Shown here in pieces: positions 1-13,625 of a stretch of 64,000 nucleotides of DNA. The notes beneath the pieces are model-generated. The model was given only the letters and a program-made list of their open reading frames with translations, was not told the DNA's origin and searched no databases. This DNA is from Heptranchias perlo (lineage: Eukaryota): positions 51,212,001-51,276,000 of the forward strand of contig NC_090325.1 of assembly GCF_035084215.1 (NCBI RefSeq), given 5' to 3'. How positions within the stretch are numbered: position 1 is the stretch's first letter; each line of letters begins with the position of its first letter. A program made the translations under genes and the position numbers.

Positions 1-158
1 CACAGGCAGCAACCTTGGATTTCAGAAGTATTGCCCTAAGCTAAATGAGGCAATGCTATGCATAACCAGTCCCATTGTTGACTTTAATAACTCAGTAAAA
101 AGGACTCGGTGATTTAAAGAAGGCAAGATGTCTGCTATGAGTTTCCCCTTTATTTTAG

Positions 159-340
159 GCAACTCCTTTCGATAATTCTCGTGACCATATGAACAGCAGC
201 TGGCTACAGGAACAGGCAGATAAGGAGCAACGAATTAACAAGAAAAGGGCTACAATCCGGTGGTTCAAGGAGACTCAAGCTCGAAAAGTAGTTCAGAATG
301 GCACTTTTCCATGCTGGTTCCACGGAATGATTACAAGGCG
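159..340 (+). CDS. SH2 adaptor gene (SH2D7/HSH2D/SH2D2A-like), first visible coding exon
   Basis: ttttag acceptor, CG|gtgagt donor. Translates ATPFDNSRDHMNSSWLQEQ...IRWFKETQARKVVQNGTFPCWFHGMITR; the WFxETQ...QNG..P.WFHG.ITR motif is typical of this family. In-frame ATG at 189; an upstream exon outside the window is possible. Confidence 0.9.
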
Positions 341-931
341 GTGAGTCTGGTCTTCATTCTATTGCAGGGGTTTTTTAAAAATGTATTATAGTGATACCAT
401 GGTCAATTTTATTGATTGGACTTTGGAAAAGTGGTACCCAATGATTTTAGTACCTTGACGTTAAAAGTTCTTTAAATTTCCAAATTTGCATGTCATGAAA
501 ACCTGCATGAAGAGTTGGCTTTTACATCAGATGTTACTGTAATTAAACCTACACGGGGAAGCAAATCCCTGTTGTATGCACGCTTTCCCCATGTCCCAAC
601 CTGTTTACAGTAATAGTCTTAAGGTACTTGTCGGAGGGGAAAACACAATTTTAACAAGACCGAAAAGAAACTAACCCAGATAAATTAGAAAAATTGTAAC
701 TAAAATAATGGACAAATAATGGTATTGTTCAAACAGGAGATACTTAATACTGTCAAACCCATTAAAACAAACTAAACCTATCCCCACAAAAAGTAAAGGA
801 TGTGCAGCTATAGCTGGATTTCTTCAGATTAAAATCTTCAAAATTAAAATGATTGGAAGCACGTGATAATTCTAGGTCTAATAAAACAAAAGAAAATCTC
901 CCAGAGGCTAGTTTTGAGATTATTGCTCATT

Positions 932-962
<31 letters not shown>

Positions 963-963
963 G
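932..963. repeat. (TCTG)n/(TCTA)n microsatellite
   Basis: Directly visible. Confidence 0.9.
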
Positions 964-2024
964 CATAATATGCGTGCATGGTTAACGGAAGAGGACTGTA
1001 AATGACGTCACAAGGACAGAGACTGGTTAATAGATTGAGCCAATGAATCTCCAGTGAAATTTAATGCATAGACATGTGGGGGGAAGTTATCACAGTTATG
1101 AGCATAATTAAGATTCCAAACACACTTGCATGACACAGCATGATCTAAAAGCCAGAGGTAGGTCACAAATTGCAGCAGAGCCACTCACTGGCGAAAGTAT
1201 GGAACTACTGCTAAACCAATGCTAAGTGTGAGCTATTGTTTTAGCTGGTAATGCGACATGTTCACTTAACATTGTTAAGCCCTATCACAGCGCCACCTAC
1301 AGGCTTGTAGGGTACTGCATCGAATTCAGCAACCTACCTATCATTTTTTAAATATAATAGATTTCTACCAACAACAACGATGTCTCAGTATTAATTTACT
1401 TACTGACATACTGTATCTGATGCAGTGGGACTTAAGATTGCTTGTGTGTTTCCCCACACAATAGGGAATGGGTCCAAGTTCTTCTCCAGGGGAGGAAAGG
1501 AGGGAAAATCAGAGTCAGGCCAAACCCCAGGAACCTGTCTAAAATGAGGTGGTCAAATAATCTGGGAACAGATTGTGTGCATGTCTGTCCTCACAACGTT
1601 GAAATAAGGGCAATGGGAAAGGTGAAGATGAACAAAATCCATTTATAGGATAAAGAGTTTGAAATTCTGATGTTTTGAGTTATTCTTAAGTTTAAAAGTT
1701 GGACATACTGCGTGGCATTCTTTAAAACTTTATTTCCGAATCATTTAAGAATTAATTTGTTTGAGAAGAACTATCAAATTTTTTCTTTGTGTTTCCTTTG
1801 GATCCTCGAGGGCCAATAACCTCTTCCTAGGCCAATGGGAGTTGGGTGAGATGGGTGCGTGTTGCAGGGATGTAAGAGCAAGTCTGGCACAAAGTGACTG
1901 TCATATGATATTTGGTTTTAAATATCTCCCCTTCTAAGTTATTTTGGGTGTTTATCGGGCCTGTGTTTCAGTTTTATTTGGGAATGTCTAAAAATGATAT
2001 TTCTTTATACTCTATGATTTACAG

Positions 2025-2114
2025 AGAGGGTGAAGATTTGTTGGCAAACCAAGCTTTAGGCTGCTTCCTCATTCGTGTCAGTGGGAGTAGGGAAGGATAC
2101 ACACTGACTTTCAG
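2025..2114 (+). CDS. SH2 adaptor gene, SH2 exon with FLVR motif
   Basis: tttacag acceptor, AG|gtaac donor, 90 nt, phase 2-2. Translates EGEDLLANQALGCFLIRVSGSREGYTLTFR. Confidence 0.93.
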
Positions 2115-2739
2115 GTAACTTTCCTTTCCTATCTTTTTGCCAGTTAAAATCAGCAGCACTAAGTGCTTTGTTGCTAAAATTTACCAGTGTATAAATCTCC
2201 AGTTGGTGAAGCATCTGCTATACATAGTAAAGTCATCAAAAAATATTAAACAACAACACGAAAAACCATCCAAATGGAAACATTTTTGACTTGGGCAAGC
2301 TGATTATTCCAAAAAGTAGATTATTATCTCCTACAATTCCAGCTGCCACAGACCAACTTGACTCCTTTCAGTATGATAATGCAGTGCATCACTCTGGCCT
2401 AGTCAGAATATGCAGCAGCAAATTCATCACAACTTTAAAGTTTATTTATACTCATATTACCATATCTGAAATTCTCCTCTACTTAACATACCTTGCATGG
2501 TTTTACCCTCGCTCCCCCTCCTGCAGTAGGAAGTTGAGTTCTGGTTCTTAACATGTTCCTTTTTAAACTCTGATACTTTCATGGCCTTTCAAAAGTTTAC
2601 TTTTTTAGGCCAGCAGTACATAAATTTCCATTGAAACTTGAAGCATTATTGTGCACATGTAAGCACATATGTGGTGCTTCGGGACAAACCAAAGTAGCCA
2701 ATGTGCAGTCCATCTTGCCCACCCACATGTACTTAAATC

Positions 2740-4240
2740 CTACCAGCATTAGTCCATCAGCTTGAGTGGACTCATCTCTCTTGAAATTTCAACACCGCAC
2801 ATAAACTCCCCACACCCACAGCCTTCACTGAGGTTTTGATCACTGACAAGACCATCTCTAATCAATTCCTTGTCTCCCTCAACATCTTTCTGCATTCCTC
2901 TGCTCTTATGAAAATTAATTTCCCTCCAGCTCACTCATCAGTACCCTCTCTCAATTCCCAACTCACCTCCTCTGACCTTCCACTCACCACAACTATCACT
3001 CTTTCTGTCAATCTGCTCAACAGATTCCTTGCTTCTGCCTTTGATATAATTTTCTTTACCAAAATGCTCACAGATCCCATCCCTATCTTTATCCTGATAC
3101 AAATCTCAACTCAAATCCGAGGGCCATGGAGTGAGCCCACTGGTATATAAATGATTTTGTTGTCGCCAGGTTGTCTCTCAGTGGCCAAATTGTTTTACTA
3201 CAGTGCTCTGGAATCATACAATGAGGGAAGTCACAACACAGAAACAAGCCATTCGGCCCATCGAGTCTGCTGGTGTTTTTCTCCACATGCGCCTGCTAGC
3301 CTAATCTTCCTCACTCGCTCCCCATACCCCTTAGTATTCCTCTTTCAAGAAACTATCCAATTCTCAATGGAGGTCAGTCCCAGACTCTCCTTCTTTACAC
3401 CTAAATACCTCTTTCAATCCCATTCAAACCAGTTATCACCCTGCTCCTCAAAAAACCTACACACGTCCTCTTCAACTATCACCCTGTCTCTAACCTCCCT
3501 TTCATCACCACTGAGCTTTGCTATGATCTCCCATCATTCTCTGTTTTGAATACTTTCTGGGTGTTCTAGTTTCTGTCCAGTCTGCAGCACACAGACCATC
3601 CTGCTCAGTCACTAGTGACATACTCTGTGATTGCTACTACAGCAAATTATCCCTCCTTATCCTCTTCGAACTCTCCACAACTTTTGACATCGTCGACCAC
3701 TCCATCCCCTTCCATCCCTTTCCTCTGCGGCACTGTCCTGCATGTTTCATTCATAGTTGTTCCTACATAGCTAGCGCATCTCCTGCAATGGCTTCTTCTC
3801 TCACACCCATGCAATCCCCTCAGCGGTGCCCCAAGGTTCTATTCTTCGCCACTCTCTTTGCTCTTCCACCTACTGCCCTTGTCAAAATTATTTGTAAACA
3901 TGAGGTTAGCTTCCATGTATATGCTTATGACACCCAGCTCTACCTTTCTGCCAACCCTCAACTGCCTCTGTTATATGGCTACTCTTCAAACATCAGGTCT
4001 TGGATGAACCAGAATTTCTCCAAATTCATATTGGCAAGATCAAAGTTATTCTGTCAAAAACTTTGCCCCCTACCTCTGGTCCCATCTCCCTCCCTGCCTG
4101 ATTGTTCAGGCTGTCCACAGTGCAGCTGCAGTGTTCTGTTAATCCAGGGCTAATTTCAAACCTCATAGTAACATCTTATCACCTCTAATATTGCCCACCC
4201 CCATCTTCACTAATACTCAAATCTACTCATCCAACCTGGC
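2740..4240 (+). mobile_element. Old L2 LINE remnant
   Basis: FHVYAYDTQLYLS and WMNQNF; C/T-rich L2 ORF2 character. Confidence 0.7.
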
Positions 4241-4569
4241 CTCTGGTTCCCTTCTCGATGCAGTAGATTGACGCTCAGACATTCTGCCACTGTTGCGCTG
4301 CCCCCATTATGGAAATTACCTTGTGTCTGGGATTTAGGATGGGGTCACAGTGGAAACAAAGTTAGAGGGTGTAAGTTCCACCCTAAAACACTTCTGGAAG
4401 TACAACTGCACCGCTGTAGTTTCCAGACTAAAATACAAGTTGAAGTTGTTGAAAAGACTTGAACAAAAATACCTGCTTAATACAGCAAGAAAATCCAGAT
4501 GGATCCCACACCTCAAACACAACTCTTACTTGTATTACAGATATATTTTTCCCAGAACGTTAATAGTAT

Positions 4570-7010
4570 CATAACATTGTAGTAGGTATAGCACAGGAGG
4601 AGGCCATTCGACCCATTGTACCTGTGCCGGCTCTTTGCAAGAGCTATCCATTTAGTCCCATTCCTCTGCTCTTTCCCCAAAGCCCTATAAACTTTTTCCC
4701 TTCAAGTATTTATCCAATTCCCTTTTGAAAGTTACTTTTGAATCTGCTTCCACCACCTTTTCAGGCAGTGCATTCCAGATCATGACAACTCGCTGTATAA
4801 AAAAAAGTCTCCTAATGTCGCCTCTGGCTCTTTTGCCGATCACCAATCTGTGTCCTCTGGTTACCGACCCTTCTTCCACTGGAAACAGTTTCTCCTTATT
4901 TATTCTATGAAAACCAGTCGTGATTTTGAACACCTTTATCAAATCTCCCCTTAACCTTCTCTGTTCTAAGGAGAACAACCCCAGCATCTCCAGTCCCTCC
5001 ATATAATTGAAGTCCCTCAACCCTGGCACCATTCTAATAAATCTCTTCTGTACTGTCTCTAAGACCTTGACATCCTTTCTAAAGTGTGGTGCCCAGAATT
5101 GAACACAATACTCCAGTTGAGGCCTAAACAGTGTATTATAAAGGTCCAACAGAACTTCCTTGCTTTTGTACTCCTATGCCTCTATTAATAAAGCCCAGGA
5201 TCCCATATACTTTTTAACAGCCTTCGCAACTTGTCCTGCCACCTTCAAAGAATTGTGTATGTGCACCCCCAAGTCTCTCTGTTCCTGCACCCCCTTTAAA
5301 ATTGTATCATTTCATTTATATTGCCTCTCCTCATTCTTCCTACCAAAATGCATCACTTCACACTTCTCTGCATTAAATTTCATCTGCTGTGTGTCTGTCT
5401 ATTTCACCAATCTGTCTGTCCTCCTGAAGTCTGTAATTATCCTTCTCACTGTTTACTACATTTGAGTTTTGTATCTTCTGCAAACTTTGAAATTATACCC
5501 TGTATACCCAAGTCCAGGTTATTAATGTATATCAAAAAGAGCAGTGGTCCTAATACTGACCCCTGGGGGACACCACTATATACTTCCCTCCAGTCTGAAA
5601 AAGAACCATTCACCACTACTCTCTGCTTTCTGTCCCCTAGCCAATTTTGTATCCATGCTGCCACTGACCCTTTAATCCCAGGAGCTTTAATTTTGTTAAC
5701 AAGCCTATTATGTGGTACTTTATCAAATGCCTTTTGAAAGTCCATATACCAATCAACCGCATTCCCCTCATCAACCCTTTACGTTACTTCATCAAAGAAC
5801 TCAATCAAGTTAGTCAAATATGATTTTCCTTTAACAAATCCATGCTGACTTTCATTTATTAGCCCATACTTTTCCAAGTGCCAATTTATTTTGTCTTGGA
5901 TTATTGTCTCAAAGTTTCCCCACCACCGACATTAGGCTGACTGGCCTGTAATTGCTGGGTTTATCCCTCTTCCCTTTTTTGAACAGGGGGTGTAACATTT
6001 GCAATCTTCGGTCCTCTGTTACCATCCCCATATCTAAGGAGGATTGGAGGATTGTGGCCAGAGCCCCTGCAATTTCCACGCTTACTTCCCTCTGTAATCT
6101 AGGATGCATCCCATCTGGACCGGGTGACTTTTCTACTTTGAATACTGCGAATCTTTTAAGTACCTCCTCTTTATCTATTTTTATCCTATCCAATATCGCT
6201 ACTACCTCCTCCTTTTACTGCTATAATGGCAGCATCCTCTTTAGTGAAGATGGATGTGAAGTATTCATTTAGTGCCTCAGCCATGCCCTCTGCCTCTAAA
6301 AGATCACCTTTTTTGTCCCTAATCGGTCCCGCGCTACCCTTTTACTATTTATATGTTTATAAAAGACTTTTGGTTCCCTTTTATGTCAGCCGCTAATCTA
6401 TCCTCATACTCTTTCTTTACCCCTCTTATTCCCTTGTTTAGATCTCCTCTGCAATTTCTGTATTCAGCCTGATTCTCTTCTGTATTATGAACCTTACATT
6501 GATCGTAAGCCTCCTTTTTCTGTTTCATTTTAATCTCTCTTTAGTTATCCAGGGAGCCCTAGCTTTGGATGCCCTTCCTTTCCCCCTCATGAGTATGTGT
6601 CTATTCTGTACCCGAACCAACTCCCCCTTGAAGGCCTTCCGTTGTTCAATTACTGTTGTGCTGACCAATTTTTGATTCCAATCCACCTGGGATTTTTAAC
6701 TCACTGAAATTTGCCCCCCTCCAGTTAAGTGTTTTCATGTTTGATTGTTCCTTGTTCTTTTCCATAACTATTCTAAACCTAATGATATTATGATCACTGT
6801 TCCCCAAATGTTCTCCCACTGAAACATGCTCCACCTGCCCCACTTCATTCCCCAGAACTAGATCCAGCACTGCTTCCTTCCTGATTGAGCTGGAAACACA
6901 CTGTTCCAGAAAGTTCTCTTGAACACATTTCAGAAATTCCTCCCCCTCTTCGCCCTTTATGCTGTTACTGTCTCAGACTATATTGGGATAATTAATGTCC
7001 TGCATTATCA
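4570..7010 (-). mobile_element. CR1 LINE, truncated and decayed ORF2
   Basis: Fragments [51 protein letters not shown]. Confidence 0.92.
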
Positions 7011-7011
7011 C

Positions 7012-7265
7012 TAGAATCATAGAAAGGTTACAGCATGGAAGGAGGCCATTCGACCTATTAAGTGCGTGCCGGTTCTATGCAAAAGCAATTCAACTAGTCC
7101 CACTCCCCTGCCCTATCCCCGTAGCCCTGCAAATTTTTTCCTTATCCAGTTGTACTCTGGCAGTGCATTCCAGATCCTAACCACTCGTTGTGGAAAAAAA
7201 AAGTTTCTCCTCATGTCACCTTTTGGTTCCTTTGCCAATCACCTTAAATCTATGTCCTCTGGTTT
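7012..7265 (-). mobile_element. CR1 3' end fragment
   Basis: AGAATCATAGAA tail and 3' UTR similar to those at 8332 and 49347. Confidence 0.75.
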
Positions 7266-7269
7266 TTGT

Positions 7270-7651
7270 GCTTTTTATAGCTCTCCTTGTGGGCCAGGAG
7301 GAGCAGGAGTAGTGCTCCCCCCAGACCCTTAAGCAAACCTGCGGCCTCTCTAGCCGCTACCCACGATTGCCGACCACCCGCCCCCCCCCCCCCCCCCCCC
7401 CCCCCCAACCAATGCCTGTCCTGCGATCGTGATTGTCAGGGACCGTCCCTGGCTGCGGCCTCCTGCCACTGGTTTTCTCGCCTGGCAGCCAGCTAGCCTG
7501 TTAATCTGGCCGGCTGCCAGTCGGGAAACGGGAAAAAAATATTATAATAAGGTCCCGCCATTAAATTCAGCAGGATCTCAGTGTCCCGGGCCATGCCGGG
7601 TTTCCCCTGCACTACCCCGCTCCCTCCCCGCCTCCCTATAAATATCAGGGC
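7270..7651. mobile_element. Partial Harbinger-type MITE
   Basis: Shares TTGTGRGCCAGGAGGAGCAGGAGT with 22490-22520 (rc). Its end (rc GCCCTGATATTTATAGGGAGGCGGG) matches the left end of Harbinger 1 (GGGCCTGATATTAGGAGGGAGGCGGG). Confidence 0.7.
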
Positions 7652-8331
7652 ATTTAACTTTATGGAGCCTTTGTCTTAAAGGAGCTGGGCATCAATGATT
7701 ATCTTTTTTACTTTTTGTAAATTCAGTGAATTCTGTAAAGATTTCTGAGGACTAGAGAGTGCCTAATGTATCTGTTATTTAGTTACTATAAAATTGAGAC
7801 ATACCCAGAAACAGAAAAGTAAATCCAAGAGTTGATTTTATGACTTTTTTTGTCCACCAGATCTCTATTCTAAATTTTCATAATTGTACAGTTTTGGAAA
7901 AGTCAGAATTATTGCCAATCTTTTACCACTCAGACGTTGATAGGAGTGGATTTTTAAGTTTTTAATTTGCCCAATCCTCCATGGTACTTAATTTGCAAAA
8001 TCTTATAGATGACACCATAAATTAAAAGTTTGTGCCAATATGCTACCCTTGTTTGCCAATTCCCCAACAATCCATTACTGAATTGATTTTCCCCAATACC
8101 CCCATTCTAAGGCACACATTTGCTTCCCAAGAATCGAAACATTAATTTCAAGCATTAATCCATTTCCAATCCTCAGAAATGACGATGTCCATCTCCTTTT
8201 AAGTTAAAGTAGTTTTTAATTTAAAGAACTTAGAACTTTGAACACGGTCAGTTATATTTGTCACTTCCCGTTTTGTTTCACAGATAAGAATTAATGTACA
8301 TTGTAAACTATCATATTGCACCTTTCTAGTT

Positions 8332-10825
8332 ATAGAATCGTAGAAGGGTTACAGCACGGAAGGAGTACATTCGGCCCATCAAGTCTGCGCCGGCTCTATG
8401 CAAGAGTAATCCAGCTAGTCCCACTCCCCCATCCTATTCCCGTAGCCCTGCAAATGTTTTCCTTTCAAGCGCTTATCCAGTTCTCTTTTGAAGGCCATGA
8501 TTGAATCTGCCTCCACCACCCCCTCGGGCAGTGCATTCCGGAACCTAACCACTCGCTGTGCTTAAAAAAGAAAAGTTTTTCCTCATATCACCTTTGGTTC
8601 TTTTGTCAATCATCATAAATCTATGTCCTCTGTTTCTTGACTCTTCTGCCAATGGGAACAGTTTCTCTCTATCTACTCTGTCTAGACCCTTCATGATTTT
8701 GAATACCTCTATCAAATCTTCTCTGTTCCAAGGAGAATAACCCCAGCTTCTCCAGTCTATCCACGTAACTAAAGTCTCTCATCTCTGGAATCATTCTAGT
8801 AAATCTCTTCTGCACCCTCTCTAAGGCCTTCACATCTTTCCTGAAGTGCGGTGCCCAGAATTGGACACAATACTCCAGTTGTGGCCAAACCAGTGTTTTA
8901 TAAAGGTTCATCATGACTTCCATACTTTTGTACTCTATGCCTCTATTTATAAAACCCAATATCCTCTATGCTTTTTTAACCACTTTCTCAACCTGCCGTT
9001 CCACCTTCAATGATATGTGCACATATACCCCCAAATCTCTCTGTTCCTGTGCCCCCTAGTTTATATTGCCTCTCCTCGTTCTTCCTACCGAAATGTCTCA
9101 TTTCGCATTTTTCTGCATTAAATTTCATCTGCCACATGTCCACCCATGCCACCAGCCTGCTTATATCCTCTTGAAGTCTATCACTATCCTCCTCACTGTT
9201 TACTACACTTCCCAGTTTTGTGTCATCTGCAAATTTTGAAATTGTGTCCTGTACACCCAAGTCCAAGTCATTAATATATATCAAGAAAAGCAATGGTCCA
9301 GCACTGACCCCTGGGGAACAGTACTGTACACCTCCCTCCAGTTTGAAAAACAACTGTTCACCACTGCTCTCTGTTTCCTGTCCCTTAGCCAATTCTGTAT
9401 TCATGTTGCTACTGCCCCCTTTATTCCATGGGCCGCAATCTTGATGATAAGCCTACCATGTGGCACTTTATCAAACACCTTTTGAAAGTCCATATACACC
9501 ACATCAACTGCATTGCCCTCATCTACCCTCTCTGTTACCTCATCAAAAAACTCTATCAGGTTAGTTAAACACAATTTGCCTTTAACAAATCCATGCTAGC
9601 TTTCCTAAATCAATCCACACTCTTCCAAGTGACTGTTAATTCTGTCCCGGATTATCGTTTCTAAAAGTTTCCCCACCACTGAGGTTAAACTGACTGGCCT
9701 GTAGTTGTTGGGTTTATCCTCACACCCTTTTTTGAACAAGGGTGTAACATTTGCAATTCTCCAGTCCTCTGGCCCCTGATGTTTGCAAGATTATGGCCAG
9801 TCCCTCTGCAATTTCCACCCTTACTTCCCTCAGCAACCTAGGATGCATCCCATCTGGACTTATCTACTTTAAGTACAGCTAGACTTTCTAATACTTCTTT
9901 ATTAATTTTTAGCCCATCCATTATCTCAACTATATCTTCCTTTACTGAGACTCTGACAGCATCTTCTTCCTTGGTAAAGACAGATGCAAAGTATTCATTT
10001 AGTACCTCAGCCATCCCGTCTGCCTCCATGAGTAGATCTCCTTTATGGTCCCTAATCGGCCTCACGCCTCCTCTTACTACCCGTTTACTGTTTACATGCC
10101 TGTAGAAGACTTTTGGATTCCCATTTATTTTGGCTCCCAGTCTATCCTCATACTCTCTCTTTGCCCCTCTTATTTCTTTTCTCACTTCCCCTCTGAACTT
10201 TCTATATTCACAGTCTCAGGATATGGGGTATGCCATTTAGAACCGAGATGAGGAGAAATTTCTTCACTGAGGGTGGTGAACCTGTGGAATTCTCTACCAC
10301 AGAAGGCAGTAGAGGCCAAGTCATTAAATATGTTCAAGGAGGAGATAGATATATTTCTCAATGCTAAAGGGATCAAGGGATATGGGGAGAAAGCGGGAAC
10401 AGGGTATTGAGTTAGACGATCAGCCATGATCATTTTGAATGGCGGAGCAGGCCCGAAGGGCCGAATGGCCTACTCCTGCTCCTATTTTCTATGATTCTAT
10501 GCCTGTGTCATCAACCTGACATCTGTCATGCGCCCCTTTTTTCCTCTTCATCTTACTCAGTATCTCTTTTTGTCATCCAGGGAGCTCTGGCTTTAGTTGC
10601 CCTACCTTTCTCCCTCATGGGAATGTACCTCGACTGTACCTGAACCATCTCCTCTTTAAAGGCCGCCCATTGTTCAATTACAGTTTTGCCTGCCAATCTT
10701 TGATTCCAATTTACCCGGGCCAGATCTGTTCTCATCCCGCTTAAATTGACCCTCCTCCAATTGAGTATTTTTACTTTAGAGTGGTCTGTATCCTTTTCCA
10801 TAGCTATTCTAAACCTTATGATAGT
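8332..10825 (-). mobile_element. CR1 LINE interrupted at about 10211-10499
   Basis: RT motifs SKFADDTKLG and PQLEYCVQFWAPHFRKD; upstream ORF2 frames on both sides of the insert. Confidence 0.92.
10211..10499 (+). mobile_element. CR1 3' fragment (different subfamily) nested in opposite orientation
   Basis: GATGAGGAGAAATTTCTTCACT...GGCCGAATGGCCTACTCCTGCTCCTATTTTCTATG; same family as 27195 and 57040. Confidence 0.85.
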
Positions 10826-11039
10826 TGCACTGTTCTGGTCTAGTAGGTGTGAAGCCATTAGCATTTAACATGAAAATACATCAGCCCGTTTTCTAACCTG
10901 TTACTGCTATTGATAATGATGGTTAGCAGGCAGAGTGCTAGTGATCACTGGCTTGTCTATCTTGTCTTCTGATATTGTGCATCAACAGCTTATTTAGTAG
11001 AAAAGTTGCATTGATAGTTTTTTTTTAAATTTCCTTAGG

Positions 11040-11545
11040 ATTTTCCAAACTGCTTCACGGCCAATGAATTACTTCAAAAGTGTAGTCACTGTTATGCAGG
11101 CAAAAACAGCAGACAGTTTGCACAGAGCAAGACTCCACAAACAGCAATGAGATGAATGACTAATTTTAAAAAAAATAAAAACAGAAAATGTTGAAAATAT
11201 TCAGCAAGTCAGGCAGCATCTGTGAAGAAAGAGTTAGATTGTCAGAACTCGAAGCTGAAGATTAAACCATTTTTAAGCAAGTACAGAGCCAGGGAAAGGG
11301 GAGGAAAGAACAAAAAGGAAGGTCTGTGATAGGGTGGAGGGCAGGGTGATTAAAGGGATGATGGTGCAAGGCAAGGAAGGTGATAATCTTTTACATCAAT
11401 CTGAACAGATTTGCTTAATGTCTCATCTGAAAAAAAGCATCTCCGACACTGCAGCACTCCTTCAAAACTGCACTGAAGTGTCAGCCTAGATTGTATTCTC
11501 TCCTCTGAATCAGAAGGTTGTCGATTCAAGTCTTGTACTGAGGTT
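11040..11545 (-). mobile_element. Deu-SINE interrupted by a probable Penelope-like fragment (about 11175-11400)
   Basis: SINE tail 11040-11160 and head 11405-11545; the insert begins AAAACAGAAAATGTTGAAAATATTCAGCAAGTCAGGCAGCATCTGTG. Confidence 0.6.
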
Positions 11546-11584
11546 GAACCCAAAGGTTCATGCTCAGGTGAGGCACTGAGAATT

Positions 11585-11890
11585 TTGTTTTATTCGTTGG
11601 GATGTGGGCGTCGCTGGCAGGGCCAGCATTTATTGCCCATCCCTAATTGCCCTTGAGAAGGTGGTGGTGAGCCACCTTCTTGAACAACTGAGTGGCTTGC
11701 TGGGCCATTTCAGAGGGCGATTAAGAATCAACCACATTGCTGTGGGTCTGGAGTCACATATAGGCAATAAGGACGACAGGTTTCCTTCCCTAAAGGACAT
11801 TAGTGAACCAGATGGGTTTTTACGACTCTGGTAGTTTCATAGCCACCATTACTGACACTAGCTTTTTTATTCCAGATTTTTATTTTAAAT
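11585..11890 (-). mobile_element. SINE-like element sharing its 3' tail with the 59435-61203 LINE
   Basis: 11585-11685 is the rc of about 61098-61200; the remainder does not match that LINE. Confidence 0.7.
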
Positions 11891-11924
11891 GCTGCTTTGT
11901 TACAGGTATCGTCCTTCAGATGAA

Positions 11925-12290
11925 GCTAGGTGGTGCAGTGGTTTGGACACTGGCATTTTGCCTCTGCGACCTGTCCACGCCAACGTGAAATGGGTTTGAC
12001 CAGTTCCTTAGTGAATAGGTCTAGAGCACAAAACTGTCCCCAGTTTGGCACTAATTGGCAATCTCACTCCAAGGCCACAGGGAAATGGAAAAATTGTCAC
12101 ACTGGTGCAGTAGGGATGCTTTTGAGTTTGGGGCTGAGGCACATTGTTGGAAGAGAGTAAAGGGAACTTTACTCTATATCTATTTGTCTTGTACCTGCCC
12201 TAGGATTGCTTGATGCTGACACTCTGAAATAGAAAGAGTTCTATTTCTCAGCACTAACATCTCTCATCTTAATGGACACATAAAAAAATT
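11925..12290 (+). mobile_element. LF-SINE-like ancient SINE
   Basis: GTGAAATGGGTT..CCAGTTCCT.AGTG..TTGGCACTAATTGGCA..GGGCTGAGGCACATTG resembles the LF-SINE consensus as recalled; not aligned. Confidence 0.55.
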
Positions 12291-13344
12291 AAAAAGTGAG
12301 GTTCTAAACCAAGGTTCTGTCGAGTTCAATTACATATTAAAGATCCCATAGCAGAATTTGAAGAAGAGTAGGGTGTTCTCCTCATGTTCTGAGCAACATT
12401 TTTTCTCAAACAATATGGCCAAATGACTGACCATTCATTTCATTGTTATTTACAGGGCATTGTTGCCTGTCATAACCAGCACTGCACTGCATTTTGAAAT
12501 ATTATGTGATGTGTTATATAAATACAAGTATCGTTACAACTACTAGAAGATTCTCTGACCTATTTATCTTCTTATTTGGAAATTTCTGGTAATTCCCTTC
12601 AGTTGAGTGAGCAGGTAATAATCCTGACTGGACAAAGTATAGCCTAATCATATAAAAACATCAGAGTTGAGAGAGAGCAATTTTGACCCATCAAGACTCC
12701 TCCCTCTTTTACAGTGATTGTTGCAACATGGCAACCAATTTTCTTTTGAATAAATTCAATGTTTTTGCCTCTACCTTTGCAAATTGTTCCAAACCAATCT
12801 TTTAGTAAAGTTTTTCCCAATAATAGAGATGCAGAAGGAAAACAATACATTTGATTAATTGTGGAACTTTCATTGCACGGGGCATTACAGAAAGAAATGT
12901 AGTTACAATGCAGGATATGAACAGAAATCCCAGATCCATTTCTCTCCTCTGTATCCCAATCAAGGAAGCTTGTACTTCAAATAAATTAAGTTTTAAAGCA
13001 GAAATGTTTCCTGAGGACATTATTATGGCAGAAGTGTTTGGCTAACGAGGTTTATTCTCTGTGGGGACTTTTTCATGAGTGGATGAAGGCAATAAGTTTA
13101 CTTAAAGCTGCCCTAAGCTGCTGCACAACTGGAATAGGCAAACCGAATGCTCAACCTTATTACCGTGCATTTGTTGCTTAAGCTTCAATTGTAGTGCACG
13201 TGGGTCCTTTCGACAACTTGCCTCTCCTGAGGAAATTGGTCAGTGTATCCTATCTTGTTACATTTTTGAACAGCTAATGCCAATACTGCAGTTACACTGG
13301 AGGAAAATAGAAAAGTTATGTTGTGTTAATATTGTTGCACACAA

Positions 13345-13625
13345 CAATAACTTGCATTTATCGCAGTGTCTTTATTGAAGAAAAACATCCCAAAATGCTC
13401 CACAGGAATGTGACCAAAAAAAATGGATGCTCACCAAAGGGAGAGAGAGAGATATCAGGAAGGGTGGCCAAAAGCTTGGTCAAAGAAGTGGGTTCTGAAG
13501 AGAGTTGTAGAGGAGAAGAAGGTGGAGAGACATTGGTGTTTAGGGAGGGAATTCCAGAGGGTGGGGTCTAGGCATGAAGGCATTGCAGCCCGTGGTGGGG
13601 CGAAGAGAGGGGAGGATGCACAAAA
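13345..13625 (-). mobile_element. L2 3' end
   Basis: ACAACAATAACTTGCATTTAT tail; LWNSLP on the minus strand. Confidence 0.65.

Noticed and set aside
128-158. Upstream ATG as start of the SH2 gene
   Set aside because: It is out of frame with the SH2 exon, and the stretch reads as a polypyrimidine acceptor.
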